A stretch of DNA of 64,000 nucleotides, taken from assembly GCA_963724765.1 (NCBI GenBank), contig CAVRVY010000001.1, forward strand, positions 64,001-128,000. Reading direction: 5' to 3'. Source of the DNA: an uncultured delta proteobacterium (GTDB lineage Bacteria; Desulfobacterota; Binatia; Binatales; Binataceae). The notes under the pieces are model-generated. The model saw nothing but the letters and a program-made list of their open reading frames with translations, was not told the origin of the DNA and did no database searches. Positions 59,815-64,000 of this stretch are shown here, one piece after another. Position numbers and translations under genes: made by a program. Position 1 is the stretch's first letter, and every line of letters starts with the position of its first letter.

Positions 59815-60963
59815 TATTGTGTCCCACAAATAACTTTACAGGAGTGAGGCCCATCTGCTATGGTCCGGTGGAGGTTGAATGGGATGGGCAGGCCGAATGC
59901 AGCCTTGATGATTACTCAGTCGGAGCGGTCGCAACTGCGCTCGATCGTGCGTTCGCGCAGCCTGCCGCATTCGTTGGTGCGGCGCGCACAGATCGTGCTG
60001 CTGTCGGCCGCTGGCGCCGCCAACAGAGAGGTCGCCAGGCGCTGCGGGGTTAGTGCTCCGGTGGTCAGTCTGTGGCGCCAGCGTTATCAGCAACGCGGCA
60101 TCGCCGGGCTGCACGCGGAACTTCGTCCGGGCCGACCGCGCAGCCATAGCGACGAACAGGTAGCGGGCTTGCTGCGCAAGGTACTGCACAGCAAGCCCGC
60201 CGTCGCCACCCACTGGAGCGTGCGCAGCGTGGCGGCGCATACTGGCATCTCCAAGAGCACGGTCGCGCGCTACTTCGCGCTGTTCGGCCTGCAACCACAT
60301 CGGAGCAAGAGCTTTAAGCTGTCCACCGACCCGTTCTTCGTCGAAAAGGTCCGCGACATCGTTGGGCTTTATCTTAATCCGCCGGACAACGCGCTGGTAT
60401 TGTGCGTGGATGAGAAGAGCCAGGTGCAGGCCTTGGAGCGCACCCAACCAGTGCTGCCAATGGGGCTCGGTTATGTCGAGGGAGTGACTCACGATTACTA
60501 TCGTCACGGCACTACCACGCTCTTCGCGGCACTGGACATCGTCGACGGCGGGGTCATCTCCCAGTGCAAGCCGCGCCATCGCCACCAGGAATTCCTGAGC
60601 TTTTTGAAACATCTCGATGCTAATATGCCGGCCGATCTTGAACTGCACCTGATCGCCGACAACTACGCGACTCACAAGCATCCCAAAGTCAGAGCGTGGC
60701 TCGCCAGCCATCCGCGCTTTCACCTTCACTTCACGCCCACCTACTCAAGCTGGCTCAACCAGATCGAGCGCTGGTTCGCGCTTATCACCCAGCAAGCGAT
60801 TCGCCGCGGCTCGTTCCGCAACGTCCGGGAACTGGTGGGGAAGATCGACGCCTACGTGGCTCATTACAATGCCCACAAGCGGCCCTTCGTCTGGACTGCC
60901 ACCGCCGACTCGATATTCAACAAACTCCAGCGCATCTGTAAACTTATTAATGGGACACAACAC
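59814..60963 (+). mobile_element. IS630-family insertion sequence, 1150 bp, TA target duplication
   Basis: TIRs GTATTGTGTCCCACAAATAACTTTACAG and (reverse complement) GTGTTGTGTCCCATTAATAAGTTTACAG; TA at 59812-59813 and 60964-60965. Confidence 0.93.
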
Positions 60964-60966
60964 TAG
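59884..60966 (+). CDS. IS630 DDE transposase
   Basis: CVDEKS, YYRHGT, IADNYATHK, FTPTYSSWLNQIERWF. Confidence 0.96.
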   Translation: MGRPNAALMITQSERSQLRSIVRSRSLPHSLVRRAQIVLLSAAGAANREVARRCGVSAPVVSLWRQRYQQRGIAGLHAELRPGRPRSHSDEQVAGLLRKVLHSKPAVATHWSVRSVAAHTGISKSTVARYFALFGLQPHRSKSFKLSTDPFFVEKVRDIVGLYLNPPDNALVLCVDEKSQVQALERTQPVLPMGLGYVEGVTHDYYRHGTTTLFAALDIVDGGVISQCKPRHRHQEFLSFLKHLDANMPADLELHLIADNYATHKHPKVRAWLASHPRFHLHFTPTYSSWLNQIERWFALITQQAIRRGSFRNVRELVGKIDAYVAHYNAHKRPFVWTATADSIFNKLQRICKLINGTQH

Positions 60967-61031
60967 AAGGTTGACGAAAAAAAAGTGAGTACTCACGTTC
61001 TCGGGCGGATAGTGATCTAATGATAGTGAAT

Positions 61032-63842
61032 TCAGGCGCTCATTGGCAGATCGCCGTTCTTTGGTGACGGGCGCCCGCTGGCGGTGCCGAGCGAGTTCGC
61101 GTCAGGGTACTCCTGCGCCGTGCGCAGACGGTCGCGGAGCTTTTCGGCAAGCCCGCGCACGTAGGGCTCGCGAAACATCGGCTGACCGTGAAATCCTTCG
61201 ACATCGACGACTTCGAGACCCCCGGCAGCAACACCTCCCCATCCGAGCAACGGATCGGTCGCGTAGATCTCGTTCGACGGCTGCGCGGGCACCCGGAATA
61301 GCGTGATCGGGCGCGAATAGGCGAGCGGGCGATAGCGGCGGCTGGCTGCGAAGGCCACGTTGAGAAAGTAGAAGTACAGGGTTTCCTGCGAGAGCGCGCG
61401 GCCGGCGAGCCGGCGCCAGCGGATACTCAGACGCCGCGCCCAGAGACTGAACATCTCGCGGCGCATCTCCGACCATCGGCGCTCCGGCGGCTGCGGAAAA
61501 GGGTTGCCGAGCCGGCGAAACAGATGGAATCGAGCCGGTGCGTTGCGGCGTAGCCTCGGATATCCGGGTGCGCGCGTGTCGAACAGCGCCAGCAGACCGA
61601 CCTCCTCGCCGGCGTGTGCGAGCTGTTGCGCCATCTCGAATGCCACCACACCCCCGAACGACGAGCCGCCCAGGAAATACGGTCCGCGCGGCTGCACCGC
61701 GCGCATCTCACGCACGAAGTAGGCGGCGAGTGAATCCACCGTGCTGAATGGTGCTCGCTGGCCGTCCTGCCCCGGCGGTTGCAAGCCGTAAAATGGTTGA
61801 TTGGGTCCGAGATGGCGCGGCAGTTCGGCCAGCGAGAGCACGTCGGTGCCGGCGCCCGCCGCGCAGAAAAACCCGGGCCGATCGCCGTGCGGCTGCAGTG
61901 CCACGATCGCCGGCCACGCAGGCGACCAGCTCGTGTCGCGCAGGATCTCAGCCTGCCGCGCCACGGTCGGGGCCTCGAGCAATGCCGAAATCGGCAATCG
62001 CCGCCCGCATACGCCTTCGACCTGGCTGACCAGCTCCAGCGCGAGAATCGAATCTCCGCCGAGCTCGAAGAAGTCATCGTGAATGCCGACCGGGCGAAGC
62101 TTGAGCACCATCTCCCAGATCGCCACGAGGCAGACCTCCAGACGGTCGCGCGGCGGATGCGCGCCCGAACGCGTAGGCTCGGGATCGGGCAGCGCGCGCC
62201 GATCGACTTTTCCGTTATGGATTAGCGGCAACGAGTCCATACGTACGAATGCCGACGGGACCATCGACGCCGGGAGTGTGCGCCCAAGCTGGTCGCGCAA
62301 CGCCGCGGGCGAGGCTTCGCTCACCACGTAGGCGACCAAGCGAGTTTCGCCGAAGCGGTCGGGCCGGCCGACCACGGCGGCCTCGCGGATCGCCGGGTTC
62401 GCCAGGAGCGCGGCCTCGACCTCGGCCGTCTCCACGTACTGACCGCGGACCTTCACCACCGATTCGCGCCGGCCCAGATGGACGAGGCATCCATCGGACA
62501 GGATCATTCCGCGGTCGCTGGCGCGGAACATCCGCCTGCCGTCCGGGCAGGTCGAGAGTACCGCCGCCGTCAGTTCGGGATTGCGCCAGTAGCCACAAAA
62601 GAGGTATTCGCTCCGAATCGCGATCTGACCCACGTGGCCAGCGCTCAGCTCGCGGCCCTCCTCGTCGAGCACGACGACTTCCGTCTCAGCTAATTCGTAG
62701 CCCACCGGAATTACCGATCCTTCAAACGTGCTGGCCTCATCGATGAAGAACATCCGGATGACGTTCATTTCGGTGGCGCCCAGGCTGACGCATAGGAGGC
62801 TCGTCTTGGGAAAGTGCTTGCGGAACAGCTCGACGTCCCTGAGTGTGGTCGCTTCGCCAGCCAGCTTGACCAGGCGAAGCGAAGGCAGCGAGGCCCTCTC
62901 CGGCAGCAAGCGGGCGAGTCGCCGGAATACCGTCGGCACCGAATGGTAGATCGTGATCCGCTCGCTCGCGATCCAGCCTGCCAGGCTGGCGAATCCCTGT
63001 TTACGCAGATCAAAGGGATGCAGCGAGGCGCCGTTCAACAATGCGCCGAAGATGTCCGATACCGAAGCGGCGACGTCGTAGAGGGGGAGCACGGCATGAC
63101 GGTCGGCGGCGTCGAGATGGACCGTGTTAGCGTACCTCATGATATGGTGCAGGACGTTGCGATGGCTCTGGACGACGCCCTTGGGGCTCCCGGTGGATCC
63201 CGAGGTGTAGAAAATGTACGCGACGGCGCCGGGCGGAATCGCCAGGCCGAGATTTTCCGCGGAGGACCGGTCGCCGAGCCGGTCAATTGAGATGATCGTT
63301 GGTGAGATGATCGTTGATGAGATGCCTTTCACCGATTCGCGCGCAAGCTCGCGGGCGAGCGCGGCGTGGTGATCGCTGGTAACGATCACGCCGGCGCCGC
63401 AATCATCGAGGATCGCGGCGAGCCGGGCGGCCGGATGGGTCGGGTTCAGTACCACATAGCATCGTGCGGCCTTGAGCACGCCGAGCATCGCCGCCACCGC
63501 CGGCGCGCCGTGCTCGAACAAGAGCGCAACGGGGCTCTCGCTCGCTGTCGGCGCGTCGAGGAGCAGCGCCCTGCCGATACGGTTTGCCCGGGCGTTGAGT
63601 TCGCCGTAATTCCATTCGTGCACGCCGTCGCGAATCGCGAGCGCCGCCGGCCGCTGCGCCACCTGGGCCTCGAAACGGGCGGCGATCGACTGCTCGACTT
63701 CGCCGCGCTCGAAGGGAATGAAGGCGTTGGCCGGCCCGGGGCCATCTGCGGCCAGGCGCGCGCGGAGAGCGGGCGGTGGATTTGGATGAATCGGGCATGC
63801 TTGGCGCGGCAATTGGGTATCGGCGCTCGCCGTGGCGTTCAA
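61032..63842 (-). CDS. Stand-alone NRPS-like protein, A-PCP-TE (no condensation domain)
   Basis: YTSGSTGSPKG, LGATE, SDRG, VKVRG, NGKVDR; FFELGGDS (PCP); GSSFGG (TE). Confidence 0.92.
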   Translation of the reverse strand: MNATASADTQLPRQACPIHPNPPPALRARLAADGPGPANAFIPFERGEVEQSIAARFEAQVAQRPAALAIRDGVHEWNYGELNARANRIGRALLLDAPTASESPVALLFEHGAPAVAAMLGVLKAARCYVVLNPTHPAARLAAILDDCGAGVIVTSDHHAALARELARESVKGISSTIISPTIISIDRLGDRSSAENLGLAIPPGAVAYIFYTSGSTGSPKGVVQSHRNVLHHIMRYANTVHLDAADRHAVLPLYDVAASVSDIFGALLNGASLHPFDLRKQGFASLAGWIASERITIYHSVPTVFRRLARLLPERASLPSLRLVKLAGEATTLRDVELFRKHFPKTSLLCVSLGATEMNVIRMFFIDEASTFEGSVIPVGYELAETEVVVLDEEGRELSAGHVGQIAIRSEYLFCGYWRNPELTAAVLSTCPDGRRMFRASDRGMILSDGCLVHLGRRESVVKVRGQYVETAEVEAALLANPAIREAAVVGRPDRFGETRLVAYVVSEASPAALRDQLGRTLPASMVPSAFVRMDSLPLIHNGKVDRRALPDPEPTRSGAHPPRDRLEVCLVAIWEMVLKLRPVGIHDDFFELGGDSILALELVSQVEGVCGRRLPISALLEAPTVARQAEILRDTSWSPAWPAIVALQPHGDRPGFFCAAGAGTDVLSLAELPRHLGPNQPFYGLQPPGQDGQRAPFSTVDSLAAYFVREMRAVQPRGPYFLGGSSFGGVVAFEMAQQLAHAGEEVGLLALFDTRAPGYPRLRRNAPARFHLFRRLGNPFPQPPERRWSEMRREMFSLWARRLSIRWRRLAGRALSQETLYFYFLNVAFAASRRYRPLAYSRPITLFRVPAQPSNEIYATDPLLGWGGVAAGGLEVVDVEGFHGQPMFREPYVRGLAEKLRDRLRTAQEYPDANSLGTASGRPSPKNGDLPMSA

Positions 63843-64000
63843 AATAGCGGATTTTTTTGACCGCGCAACCGAAAATCCGCCGCCGCCACCCCCGTCGCGG
63901 ATAACGGGGAGGAATGGTAACCTCTAACGGATCAAGCTTAAGCCAACAGCTTGGTGAAAAGGACGAACAGATTAAGTGCGTAAACAGATCATATATACTG

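Overview
GC-rich bacterial chromosome window. Its gene content (LLM/F420-type oxidoreductase, outer-membrane barrel, exopolysaccharide-type genes) fits a diderm soil organism such as Candidatus Binatota, but that is only a guess. There are four blocks. (1) 1-18.0 kb: a Tn4371-like ICE conjugation module (trbF-G-I, RHH, traF, traD, MOBP relaxase, virD4, copG, trbB-C-D-E-J-K-L), heavily frameshifted. It has candidate defence cargo at both edges (a PD-(D/E)xK+TPR protein and a HEPN/DUF4145-like protein) and is bracketed by two 5'-half tRNA fragments (Thr-CGT, Arg-CCT). (2) 18.1-30.1 kb: host genes (TetR/GST, ArgE, MBL-fold, Tag glycosylase, a Fur-box cupredoxin/heme/outer-membrane operon, an LLM oxidoreductase) and a lasso-like PqqD-B2-nucleotidyltransferase-ABC module with no visible precursor or cyclase. 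(3) 30.2-46.6 kb: a 16.4-kb island in tRNA-Leu(TAG) bounded by a 51-bp att repeat. It looks like a phage satellite: two paralogous xis-int modules, a RepA-type helicase with an iteron origin, a TerS-like protein, a 724-aa tape-measure-like protein and an acidic KS-motif protein, but no capsid, portal or large terminase. This is the strongest candidate for an undescribed system. (4) 46.8-64 kb: a surface-polysaccharide modification locus (O-antigen ligase/Wzy, two secreted lysozyme-fold paralogues, deacetylases, FkbH-acyltransferase-ACP, methyltransferases), an intact IS630 and a stand-alone A-PCP-TE NRPS-like gene. All family calls come from motif recognition by eye; no searches were run.
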